Below are positions 36,560 through 48,352 of a DNA stretch of 64,000 nt, one piece after another. The number at the start of each line of letters is the position of its first letter. The stretch's first letter is position 1. This DNA comes from Amoebophrya sp. A120 (Eukaryota; Protista; Dinoflagellata), in NCBI GenBank assembly GCA_905178155.1, contig CAJINV010000017.1, positions 984,722 to 1,048,721 of the forward strand, read 5' to 3'. Both the position numbers and the translations under genes were made by a program. The notes beneath the pieces were generated by a model that saw only the letters and a program-made list of their open reading frames with translations, did no database searches and was not told the origin of the DNA.

Positions 36560-39500
36560 ATGCTCTTCGTCGTCAACTTGAACCCGCAGGACGCCCCGGC
36601 GCTGGGGCCCCTGCTGGGGTGCTGTCTCGGGCCCGAAGAGCAGCAGATTACGTACCGCGTGAGCAACTGGCTCTACGAGTTGGGCGTTCGACCGGATTTT
36701 GAGTCCTGGACCAGGTCCACGGACCACTTGCATAAGGTATAAGAACGGGGTCACAAAATGTCCGACTAAGTCCTCGGGGGACCTGCGTCCCACCCAGCCG
36801 GGTGGGCCTTAGGTCCCCTGTCCCAATAATTAAGTTATATATGACTCCGCCACAGCTCGCGTCCGCCCATATTGTTTTCTCGCCGTTCGCCTTGTCGGTG
36901 TAAATCTGTATTAGAGTCTTGCACTATTGTACTTGTGCCTCCATTTGTCGCTATTTATCCAAGAAAAGAGCTTATTTGATGGTTGGTGTAAATCTGTGAC
37001 GCAGAAAATGCACAACTGTTTCACAGGAAACTGCAGAAACACTTTTGCATTTTCCGCATCACAGGTCCCTTTTGCGTAAAAAGAGCTTTGCATTTTCTGC
37101 ATCACAGATTTAACCCACAACAAAGCATTTTTCTTGGATAAGTGCAGTGCACAAATCTTCTTTCTTGGATAAGTGCAGCAGTGCACAAATACAATAATAC
37201 ATAAAGCTACTGCGTCACAGATTGACACCCACAAAAAAGAACGGCGAGAAAACTGGAACGGACGGACGCGAGCTGTGGCGCATTCATAGCTTAGCTCTAT
37301 ATTGGGACAGGGGACCTAAGGCCCACCCGACTGGGTGGGTCGCAGGTCCCCCGAGGACTTAATCGGACATTTTGTGACCCCGTTCTAATTAAAAGTAGAT
37401 AAAGAAAAACTACATGTTTGATTTGATTTGATTTGGCGTAGCTGCGCTTGTAGATGAAGATGTAGTGAGAGTGTGACTGGTTCTTGTGCATGCTCGCGCA
37501 TTTACAAAATTTCGATCTCTTGTTTGTCGTCGCTGCGTGTCAATCATCATGAGAACGTCCAACACGATCACCGTTTATTGACGGAAACGCTCTACTTCAA
37601 TCAGGTCCTGCAGTCGTGGCTTTCGCACCTGCCGTCCGGGCACCCGCTGGAGCGCGACAAGGCCAGTATGATGAAGATGCAGGTTATCCAGGAAAAAACA
37701 CCCATCCCCATCCATTTTTTGTATGAGAAATAGTGGAGTTTATGCATGTTTTGCACGACAAATTGGCTGCGGGTGGGTGTTTTTTCCTGGATACGTGTCC
37801 AGGCGGTCACCGTGCGGCGCCGCGGATTTCCCACCGTCTGCGCGGTGGGATTCGGAAAAACGAAAATGGACGTGCAGACCGCAGCCAGGTTGGCGTTGTC
37901 CGTGGAAGCTGCCATGGCGTACGACGCAACCAACCTGAGCGAGTTGGACCCCTCCTTTCAGCAGCTGGTTTCCCAGGGGCGGCTGGTCCGGCAGCAATCC
38001 ATCATGGCCAGCGAGAACTACCACGGGCACGGAGCCGATTTAATCACGACGTCCAGTATGGGCATGCTCATGGGCGCCGGCGGTGGGAACAATGCAAATG
38101 GAAACGGTGCTGGGGGAAAGAACGGAAATGGAAAGAAATATCCACCTGTACTCGCGAATAAAAGCTCGGGAAACCCTTTCACACGTACTTTTGGTGCCAA
38201 AGAAGAACGCCGTGAATTGCAATGCAACACGTTGCTGCTTGTTGATCTGACGGTTTTTTGTCTCAAGGGGAAGTACAAGTAGGCAGTGGTGCACTAAGTT
38301 GTGCGTGCGGCTGCTCTTAATATCTATTTGCATTTTTTCGTGCGTCGTGGTCGTGTGCGGTATAATAACCAGAGGTTTTTATTGATTTTGCGATGCATAG
38401 GCGCAAGAACCAGCTCATGTCATCTCCGGCGCCGAATAGCTCGAACGGAAGTAACACAACAAACTCGGGAAAGAAGCCGTATTTTTTCGGGGACAACGAC
38501 CCTAGGTTCGCCGGAAAAGGCTCCGGCATGCTGAATAAAGGCGGTGGAGCTGGTGCACCAAATACATCAAATAGGCTAAACGTCGACGAGGAGCAGATTC
38601 TGCCCGGAGTGAGCCGCAGCGGCAAACATTTGAAGTCGCCCCCACCGCCGGGCATGACGGTGAACCAGCAGCACCAGCACGCGGGGAACAAAAAAGGTTC
38701 CCTGTCTGCCGCCCGCGACGCCCGCGAGTTTCACCCGCAGGGGTTGGCTGGCGCCGGTGGTGCGGCCCCTGGACAGCAGTTCTACGATCCGTCTGCCACG
38801 TCGACCTCGTCTGGCAGCCAACCGCGGGCGAGCGCGCAGCCGTTCTATCCCGCCGGCATGGGCGGCGGGCCACATGGGCATCACGGAGGTGCCGCTGCTG
38901 GAGAGGGACCACCCGCATCTTCTCCGCAGGGGTTTGAGGACGCCATGGGGTTCCACAAACCAGGATCTGCCGGTGGTATGCTTTACGGCGGCGCAGGAGC
39001 GGCGGGACCACAACCGGGCGACGCGGACGGAAACCAGCACGGGTTCAACCAGTATAACCAGCAGTACAATGATATCAGCATCAATAATTACTACATTCAC
39101 AACCAAGTCAACAACACCGTACATTGCTACAACCCCATGGCCGGTGGGAGCGGAGCCGGAAGCGGCGACGCGGCCGGAGCTGCCTCGGGCTCGTACCTCT
39201 TATTTTTGTTTTTACTTTTTTCCATTGTGTGCTTGATATGTTGTGTCGTGGTATTCCTCTCTCCTTGTTTGGTCTTGGTCATGATGATGTCGTCGCAAAT
39301 TATGTTGTCCGCGACCAGCAGTGTCGTAAATTATGATGAAGATGATATGATTTAGAATTTAAACAATGCACAATGAATAAGACACAGCCTGGTGCGTACG
39401 TATTGGTATTGACCACACAAGAAAAAACAACACGTACAGGTACAGTAGCTATTCCGCGGGCGCCCAGCCTTTCATTCCGCTTTCGGAGCAGGGGCAGTTT

Positions 39501-42500
39501 TCGGCGGAGCACTACCTCGGACAGGCGGAATATGGGAGTGTCAGAGTTGAAATCGACAAAGTTGAAATAGCTTGTAATGCATAAAATGGATACCAGTTGC
39601 AAGCCCAATTTGTAAGCGGCGCATGACAAATTTCGCAACCGTATAAATCCAGTTTGTCATGCTGTTTTGGCACAGAAGACTGCTTTTGTCATGCTCCTTT
39701 AGCAGCTCTTTCCCAAACCCTAAATAGGCTCACAATCTGCCTCACTTGCCATCCCGGCAAGACAGGCACTTCATGCCTTGCAGTTTCTGCATGAGAAATT
39801 ATTTCAACTTTGTCGATTTCAATCCTGACGCTTCCATACGGAAACGGACAATCTGATGTTTTACGACCCCTTATCCTGAGTAAAAACGTACCCACACCAT
39901 AGTTGTCATGCAAATCTGCATGCTTAAAATGTTTCTCATGCGGAGCCCCATGAGAAGCATTTTCTAATGGTGTTTTGAAACTTGTCATGCTCCAATCAGC
40001 ATGAGAGACTAGATCTGTAATGCTGCTGAACTAGCTCAAACAGCACTACACTACGCGTCCAAATTTGTCATGCGAAACAGCCAAAGCTTGTGGATTTGTC
40101 TAGCCGATTCCCCATTTTGACTATGGGGTGGGTACGTTTTTACATAGGATACCCCTCGTCCGAGTACCACCCGGGTAGCCTGCAGCACCAGCTGTCCGGG
40201 GGCAATAGCGATAACTTCCACGACGCTGCTGGAGGCAATAATAACGACCCAGAATCGACGGAGGAGAACCACGTGGGCAATACCGTCCTTGACCGGTTCT
40301 GCGAAAACCTCCAGAATTCCGTATTGCATCGAATAATCTTCCCTCCCCATTATATTGAAAACGCATCCGTCTGAGCACTTGTGATGCAGATTTGTGACCA
40401 CAAATCGCGCCTGTCTTGCAGGAAGCCAAGTAGTGCAGGCTGTCCGCCGCCTTATGCAGGCGACTTGTAACGCAAACGCTGTAGGGACTAGTATGCACAG
40501 GGCAGCCGTCCACCATGCAGCTAGGTGCCTACACAAAAAGGCCCCTGCCTAGGCTTGTGATCTGCGTGCAGTTCTCTACTGCAAGACAAATCTGATTTGT
40601 GTACGCAACTCCAGCGTCGCGTCGGATCTCCTTCTCGATATGGAGAAGGGGGAGCTTTCCTTTTGATATTCCGCGGTCACCGGACGCGCCCCTCCGGGCC
40701 TGAACCTAGACACTGCCGGGATCAAGTCCTCTACGTCTGAGGAAGAGGAACAAGAGGATCCGCACACGCTGCAAGTTCTAAACATGTTCGGGGACTTTGG
40801 AGGCGGCGTTAGTACAACAACTACCGCAGGCGCAAACAAGAACAAAAGTGGAAACAAGAATAAGGATAGCACCGCTTCCGGTGTCAGCAGAGCTTCGAAA
40901 GACCACCAGAAGAAAGCGAAGAAGCAGAAGCTGTACGATCAACAGTCCGAATTATCGAAGTCGTCTTATGGCACGATGAGTGATGAAAGGGAAAACACCG
41001 TGTCGAAAGCCGTTCCGTCGTTCCTAAACTCCATCACGGGCGGCTCGTATATTGGCGGGACCGCTACAAACTCCAAAAATAAGGTGAAGAAGCAAGAAAG
41101 CACGAGTTTGGTGACTGCGCTCCTGCAAGCCGAAGAGGAAGACGCGGATTTGAGCCCGATATGCATGAGAGCAAAAGTATCGTACTAGTACCAATTGCAT
41201 CCATTTTTTTTTTTTTTTAGGTGAAAAATTCGAAGAGGACTCTTGTCAGCAGGACTTCCGAAGAGGACTTTTGTCACAGAGGACCTTCCGAAGGACGTTT
41301 GTCAGCAGGACTGAACTACCACTTCTAGTGCGATACTTTTTCAATGTATACCCCAGCTCGAGCGACAATGAGAACAATGATGAAAAGGACAACTATCTAT
41401 CGTCAGATGTTAACAAATTGTCCGACGAGGACGCACTATCCAGCTCAGATGACGACGAAGATAACACCTACAAACATTCCAACCGGAGTTCCGTTCGGGG
41501 GCGGGGTGCTGGAGTCCACAACAACTTTCGAGGTGGAGGTGGACATCTACGTGGGGACACCAGAAACAACATCAACAGCTACCGAGATGTTGGGTCGTAC
41601 AACTATGGGGAGTTAGAAGATACCGTCGACCCCCGAGATTTGGTGGACGACACGCGCGTCCGGAGGAGACTTTCTCGTCGCGAAAGCGACGAGTGGTGCG
41701 GGGCCGACGGAAGTAGAAGTGGAAATCAACAGCAGAACAGCAATAGTAGAAATAACGGTGTACTGCCAAAAAGTTCCCCGACCACGACCGGAGGCACGAA
41801 CAATAACAAGTCCTCTCGGGGGTCGAAAAGAGAAAATCTAAATCAGCGAGATAGCCATAATGCGAAGTCTCTGCTGATGCAACTCGAGCAGTCAGGGACA
41901 AACAACGGTAGGAAGGCGTATGGCTCGAACTCCGGAAAAAAGGAGCGAGGCGGGTACAACAATCATGGCGGGGGTATCAGCGCAGGAGCCTTCGGAGGTA
42001 ATATAGCGGATAATCTTCACTACGGTCCTGGCTCTTCCCCTCTCGAAGACGGCTCGTCGTACGCTGCTCCCCATCAACGTCACGGGAATATTAACAACCG
42101 ACCGGGATACGAACTGAACTACGACTATGAGAACAATAACTACGACAACGAGCAGGAGCTAAACAATTACAACTACAATCCGAACAAGCTTTCTGGTGTG
42201 AAGAAGCACACCTCCGCGAAGGGCATGAATAACAATAATAAACAGGGTACTACTAGGGGCAGCACTAACAACAGCAATAAACCCAACAACTCCTATAATA
42301 ACTGGGAGGAGCAGTCGCAGGCCTCCTCTGCGTTTTCAGGAAATCGAAACAACAAGATGCAGCACCGAGGCGGAAACGGCAACGCGGCGGGAGGTGGTCC
42401 TCTGCAAGAAATGAATAACTTCGAAGAGTCCAACTGGGCTCGGGAATCCGTGGACCGAGAAATGCAGGACTGGATGACGCAAAACAACCTTCAGCATCTC

Positions 42501-45233
42501 CGGAACGCAGCCGCAACCGGATCGGTGTCCGCCTCCGCCGCTGCGGCAGCGGCCGCAGTGGTAGTAGGACAAGACTACGCGTTTCCCAGTACGGCAGAGA
42601 TGCCGTTTTTCACCTACGCTGACGCAATCAAGGAGAAGCAGCGCGCAGCGGAAGCGGCTGGGGAGAAACCGAAGCTGGTGATTGCTCCCGCACCGAGCAG
42701 TAGTAGTGCTAACAACGCTCCTCCTGTTTCGGCGGTAGGTCAGGTGGCTCCTGCGAAGTCCGGACCTCCCACCCGGGCGCCGCCGAAGCAGCAGGCAGCA
42801 GCTGGGGTGGTTACAACCACTTCCTCGTCTGGTGCCGTCGGGCCCCCTTCCCGACTTGCACCCCCGCCGGCGATTTCGCCGCCAACCGCGGAGAATGTTC
42901 CCAGTTTGAGCGGACTTCCAGTTGTGAAGCAAACGTCGAAAACCGCCGTGATTATGTCTACCACCTCCGGCGCAAGCTCCTCCGGCTCCGCAAGTTACGA
43001 GGAGGTGGCCATCGGGTCTGCGCACGCGAGCGCGCAACAGAAACTGGAGAAAAAACAGATTATCTTGGAGGACGGCCGGGTGCTCGACACGCTGGAGGTG
43101 ATATCAGAGTGCACAAGAACCTATCTATGATTCCCCGTCGTGTCTGTCGTCCCGCATTTTTTGTCATGCAAAAATGCGAATGAATCGGAATCCTGTGCCT
43201 GTCTGGCTGTGGGCCTTTCGGCCATGCTTGCATATGCGGGACAAGTTCTGAAGGAGGCACTCCAAGGCCAAACTGCAGTAATACAACATTTTGGGCATGG
43301 ATTGGTAATGCAAGGGCAGTACTTATTTTCTTGAGATGGTTTCTGTTGCTAGAAATTCAAATTATTTAAGTATGCACTTCAAGAATAATAAATGAGTGGG
43401 ACGCTGCTGGCACCATGACCGGGGAACAAGTTAGTTGTTGTGCACCCTCATAGTTGATGCGAAGCCAGGCGACTGCGACCTACGCGGACATCGAGCTAGA
43501 GGCACTTACCAGTGCGGCGTTTGTGGAACAGGAGCAGAAACGAATGAAAGAGCAGCACCAGCAGAACGGAGGAGCTGCAGCTTCGACGAGTAAAAGTACG
43601 AATAACAAAAATGGCGATCATAAAAAGAACCCGAACACATCAGGATCATCATCGACATCAACTGCAAATAAAGCCACGAGTAAAAAAGAAGAGGTAATGA
43701 ACGACGCCCGGGGCGGCGGGTCCTCTCCGTCTCTGCTGGGCCAGCTGATTTCGGAACAAGAGAACATCGAGGAAGAATCCACTGCGCACCTAGAGCGGGA
43801 ACTCAACATGGCCCTCCCTTTACCTCCGTCCCGGAGCCAGATGCTCGACGTGTACCAAGCAAAAAAGTAAGTGTTGACGGTAACGGTTTTGCTTTTGAGG
43901 TACTTATTGCAGACATGCATGACAAATTTTCGCTATCATGCATGCTATGCAATACAAATTTAGGCATGATAATATTTCTCGTGCATTTCTGCATGCCAAA
44001 TTCCGTGAACGCTCTAGCACTTTTTGGTGTGATAATGTGATCCGCGAGAACAAGGTTGAGGTCGCACCACCGATGGATTTGTCGCGGTTTCTGCACGACC
44101 CGGTGCAGCTCTACGGACGCAGCAACGCCTACCAAAAGAAGTTAGATCAATACGGACCGGATTACAGCAGCTACTGTCGAGTGGAGTTGTTTCGCGCCAA
44201 AAATAACGACCGCGAAGGCCCGGCTTCCTCGAAGGAAACTACCACTGCAAAGGAGATGTTGAAGCAGACAGTCGGGAAGCAGACAGGCAAAACTAGATCA
44301 GTCGGAGGCAGCACCAGAGGTGCAGCAGCACCACAGGTTGAGGACGGCTCGGGCTCCGGCCCTCCAAGCGAAACCGGATCGCGGAAACCCAGCACCGAGA
44401 GCGCTTTACGTGGTGGAAATACAGCTGCGAACGGCAAGAACTCTACTTCTTCTGCGGCGATGCTACGACGTGGCGATAAGAAGCTCTCGAATACTAGTGG
44501 TAAAACGAATAGTAGTACCGGCATCAACTCATCGTCGGAACAACGACCGCAGTCGATCAGTAGTATCCAAGGCACAACATCAAGCCTCGTATTCATATGA
44601 GATGCTGTCTTGCATGACAAAAGATCCACTCAGTCTACTCAAGTAGGCAAATCACCACTGCAAAAAATAAATCCGCTTTTTACCACGACCTTGACGTCGA
44701 ACATTATTTCGATCTTCAGGCAGCATCTCATACGAGTGCGACAGTAATGATTTTGTAGAAATGCATAAGCAAGAAAGAAGAACGAAAGATGAAACAGAAG
44801 GAAAGGGACCTGCAGATCGCAGATAATCGGGTGGCATTGGAGAAGAGCTCCTTGCTCACGCTCGCCATTCGGTTTTTCCTCGAGAAGCCGCCGCAATGGT
44901 TTTGGCCCTTCGTGTATCGAGGAGAAAAACTGAGACGTCAGTGTACTATGTGTCTCGGAGTCGTGCCAGGAGCGTGTTGCCAATAAATTTGGTCTGCACG
45001 ACGACTTTGACAGAGGAAGCCTGTTATGCGCAGCCAGTATGTGAAAGCACATATGAAATAGATGAGGATGTTGTCGTCCATGGCTTGCCCGCAATACAAG
45101 TGTATAATACGTTGCGTTCTCTCCTGCATGACAGACCACTTACACCTAGCGTCAGTTTTTTCCTTGGATATCGTTCTGGGGATTTTGTTGTGCTACATCC
45201 TCAGCGAGCCGGGAGAAGATGAACCGGATATGA
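36560..45233 (+). CDS. Large multi-exon N/G/S-rich protein with PAM2-like motifs and a possible dsRBD-like N-terminal fold; may be two genes split at TGA 40664-40666
   Basis: In-frame joins across GT-AG introns (36737-37604, 39193-39439, 44589-44758, 44937-45204) and TIR introns (37685, 39531, 39872, 41160, 43102). Motifs AREFHP, AQPFYP, AQPFIP and AVGFGKTKMDVQTAARLAL. Introns near 38211-38404, 40321-40612 and 43867-44054 have unresolved, apparently non-canonical borders. Confidence 0.6.
36743..37385. mobile_element. PIF/Harbinger-like MITE (643 bp) in an intron
   Basis: 86-bp TIR starting GAACGGGGTCACAAA with 3 mismatches (36743-36828, 37300-37385). TAA target duplication at 36740-36742 and 37386-37388. 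Further inner inverted repeats. Confidence 0.88.
37685..37793. mobile_element. TIR intron family B, also enclosed by an in-frame GT-AG pair (37683-37802)
   Basis: 20-bp perfect TIR TATCCAGGAAAAAACACCCA / TGGGTGTTTTTTCCTGGATA. Flanks CAGGT and CGTGT are diverged. Confidence 0.85.
39531..39838. mobile_element. TIR intron family A
   Basis: TATGGGAGTGTCAGAGTTGAAATCGACAAAGTTGAAATA / TATTTCAACTTTGTCGATTTCAATCCTGACGCTTCCATA. Direct repeat CGGAA at 39526-39530 and 39839-39843. Confidence 0.92.
39872..40151. mobile_element. TIR intron family B2
   Basis: 31-bp TIR TATCCTGAGTAAAAACGTACCCACACCATAG with 3 mismatches. Direct repeat CCCCT at 39867-39871 and 40152-40156. Interior resembles the 51630 copy. 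Confidence 0.9.
41160..41350. mobile_element. TIR intron family E
   Basis: TATGCAT...AAAAGTATCGTACTAG / CTAGTGCGATACTTTT...ATGTATA. Flanks CCCGA and CCCCA. Removal gives DLSP|SSSDNEN in frame. Confidence 0.8.
41231..41312. repeat. Three imperfect tandem copies of a ~28-bp unit inside the 41160 element
   Basis: CGAAGAGGACTCTTGTCAGCAGGACTTC, CGAAGAGGACTTTTGTCACAGAGGACCTTC, CGAAGGACGTTTGTCAGCAGGACT. Confidence 0.75.
43102..43452. mobile_element. TIR intron family F, with a GT-AG register at 43098-43453
   Basis: TATCAGAGTGCACAAGAAC / GTTGTTGTGCACCCTCATA (16 of 19). Flanks GGTGA and GTTGA. Frame restored (TLE|LMRSQ). Confidence 0.82.
44587..44741. repeat. Inverted-repeat pair, probably a decayed introner, within GT-AG intron 44589-44758
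   Basis: TCGTATTCATATGAGATGCTG pairs with CAGCATCTCATACGAGTGCGA. GCATGACAAA at 44612. No clear direct repeat. Confidence 0.6.
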
Positions 45234-48200
45234 GATGAGTGCACAACCGCTACTTCACCTTGTACCCCTCACTTCCATTTCCTTTTTTCATGGGCAGTCA
45301 ATTAATATCCAGCCGCATTCAACAAGAGGCACAACTGTCTGCATGACAAATTTCAGATCATGAAGCGGCCCACACACAAGTAGAACTACAGCGCGGAGCA
45401 GACACTTGTCTTCATTCACAGGGTCCATTACTTATTTCATCACTACTCTTGCCGCTATTCCACCTATTGCTGTAGTTGGTGTTGATGTTCATGCCTTTTC
45501 TTTTAAAATGAGTACTAGCGGGGGATGTCGAAGTTTGCGCTCGCATAATTTCGGAGACGAGAGATGTTGTAAGACAGGGCAGCTGGAGAAAATATAACTG
45601 ATGTGGAAGAAAGTCAATGTGTACGAAACGGGAACAGGAAAAGGTACTTACGACCTACACGGCTCTCAGCACTTTTTCCTTCGTCCATATCAAAGTGGTT
45701 CCTCGTTGAATCGATCTGCACGAGTTTCAGTTTGGATTTTTCGCGCTGCGTACCTCAATTTATGTTGAAGGACTATGACTATGACACAATAACTGTAGTT
45801 GCAACAATTTTTACCTGCAAACTGAAACTATCGCGACTTCATCTACTACTAGGTGCTGGTGACGTAACCCGCCAAAGCAGAGCATCCCGCCCTGCTTCCC
45901 GACCTACAGTTGTATTGTTTGTTGCAGTTGTTGTGCTGGCTGCTCTCGCACTAACATCATCGGATCGAGGACTGCGTCGACCTGTATTCTTTTGGACAGT
46001 TTGTGTTTGATCATGAAATTGGAGATGCTACAGTGGCAGCGCGAAGATTCACTGCTGCCTAAGTACCTTCTCCTCCAGATGATGAACTACAAGAAATGGC
46101 AAGAACTAGCACCGGTACGTGCGAGCAGATGGAAGACCGACGTCGAAAAATAATTGATTTCTTTAGGTGTTGTAAAAAAGAAATACTACTCGTGAAACTA
46201 CGGGACACGACTCTGTGGTCTCAGTAATATGATCAGCACATCACAAGATGTTGCCCTTGCCTTAATACAAAGTTTACACATTTTTTCGATTCAGTCATTC
46301 GTTCCTGCTACAAATCATGAGTCTTCATTATTTCGCTCGACTTGTAGTTCCAGCTTCATCTCGACGACGGCGATAGGCAAAACACCTGTTGCTTGTTGAC
46401 ACGATTGTTGCTCCAGCAGCCTCTGCTGCAAAAATCAGATCGGGATATCATACGGCCGGAAGAAGAGCATCATTTTCCTCGTCACAGCGTGATGTAACTT
46501 CAACAAACCTCCACAGTTATATCGCACTCCTGAGCTTCTACAACATCTGGGTTTTTTCCTTTTCTTCACTGAGCTTTCAAATATGTCAGCGATGAACTAG
46601 AATTACAGTCGACTTTTTCATACTTTTTTCTTGCCCGACGTACTACTAGGTAGCTTGCTAGAACTCACACTTTTGTGATGAAGCTCGGAGAGCCTTGTCG
46701 TACTAGTTTGAATGACGCTGTCGTACGGCCGCCTCTCCTTCAACAGAAAAGAACACACGCTTTGCAAAAACTGGTGCCGCAGTCTACTTTGTACGGCAGT
46801 GGACTACTAGCAGCGAGAGGAAAAACAAGCCACGACACGTTGATGAATCATCTGCGAAATGGAGGGAAAGAAAAATTTGCAGGAAACGAAAAAAACGCCT
46901 CTGCAGCTTCTATCTTCGTGCGATCGACGCAAGATCGTTTTATGATACAGCGATATGCTGGTGCTGCAACTGCACTCTACCTATCTAATGCACAATTCAT
47001 TGTACGGCCCAAGAGGAGCCAACAGGCTCGTCCTTTTGCCACGGCTTTGTTGAAATTTCAACTCTGTTTTACTCTTGCTTTTCTACCAATTGCCTGCTTC
47101 TCGCTTTCTCAATTTTTTTCTCGCAAAATTATTTCGCTACACAAAATTCCATCTTTAGTGTATTTTCCATTTTCATCAACGCAACTTTTCAATTCAAATA
47201 ACCCAATCGACGTTTTAACTCAGTCGCATCGTCAAAGACGCTCATTGGTGCGTTAGATGGATGGTGGTTAGCTTTGATATTTGTTCTGGCAAAAGCGTAT
47301 ATTTTACATCTAGAATGCAGCTACGGCTGATATGTAGACAAAGTAGGAAGCAGCTGCATTCTGTTCAGTCTTCACAATTTGATTACAAAAAACAACCGTA
47401 CTTTAGATTTGGCAATAGTGGTGCAGCGCTAGTATCTTCTAGTGAGAGCTACCGCTCATCTTACACAAGTGGAAAATGATCACTCTCCTCGACGGTATCG
47501 AAGTAGCAACTTTCCACTTGACACTTCGCTATATAGTTTACTTTTGGAAGAAATAGATCGAAGTGGAAGATCTGCGGGCTGTGCCTCATCTCAAGAGATC
47601 TTGTTTCACGCCGTCCGTGGTGCCTTTTTGCCACCCTTTCGAACAACAAGTGCGCGAGGATTTTTTTCGAAGAAGATCCAGCGGAAAGCACTTTATTTGT
47701 TTATCTTTTTACTGCGTTCGCGATCTGTTTCTTTTCCGTGCTCACGTGGTATGCATGTTCTTTTGCTTTTTGATGAAGTGGTAGACTGCAGCTGCCGCGA
47801 TCATACGTGGAGCTTCTATATCTTCGCTTCATTGATGCACCACTTCGACTTCCGATCTAATCGTGGTTTTGATTTCTGTGCATTTTTACGGACGGGGGTT
47901 AAAGTCGATGCAGCGACAGCGTATTAACGTTGACGACATCCCCTCGCTTCGTTCAAGAATTATGTTGGCGTCCAGTTCGTCCTCGTCGGCCTGCGTTGAA
48001 CTATTTTTTGTATTGCAAGAAGAGGAAGATAGTGTAGCCACACCAAGACCAAATACAATTTCAAACCAACGCCTTAGAGGAAGGAGTATCGTGCACCGGT
48101 GCTGCTGCTGGTTTCGGTTCGTTCCAACCGTTTCGAGACTAGCTACATGCATCGATATTAGGCTTGGGCGCAGCTCGGTAGTTCTACGTTGTTTTCAATC

Positions 48201-48352
48201 CTACTTCCGGTTCCGAGGTGGTTCTTCAAAACTACGATCTGTCTCATTAAGTAGATCTATTTAAATATTTTTATCACCTTGCGCTTGCCGATCCGTCTCC
48301 GTCGTTAACACCTTCTTTCTTAAAAGCAAGAAGCTCTCGTCGCAAAATCATC

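Noticed and set aside
41231-41312. CRISPR-like look of the short repeats here and at 29484-29626
   Set aside because: Imperfect tandem units without unique spacers, no cas genes, eukaryotic context.
44740-44826. Alternative last exon DSNDFVEMHK...RR* after the 44587 hairpin
   Set aside because: The GT-AG join to 44759 gives a longer, more protein-like exon with a further consistent intron. Not fully excluded.
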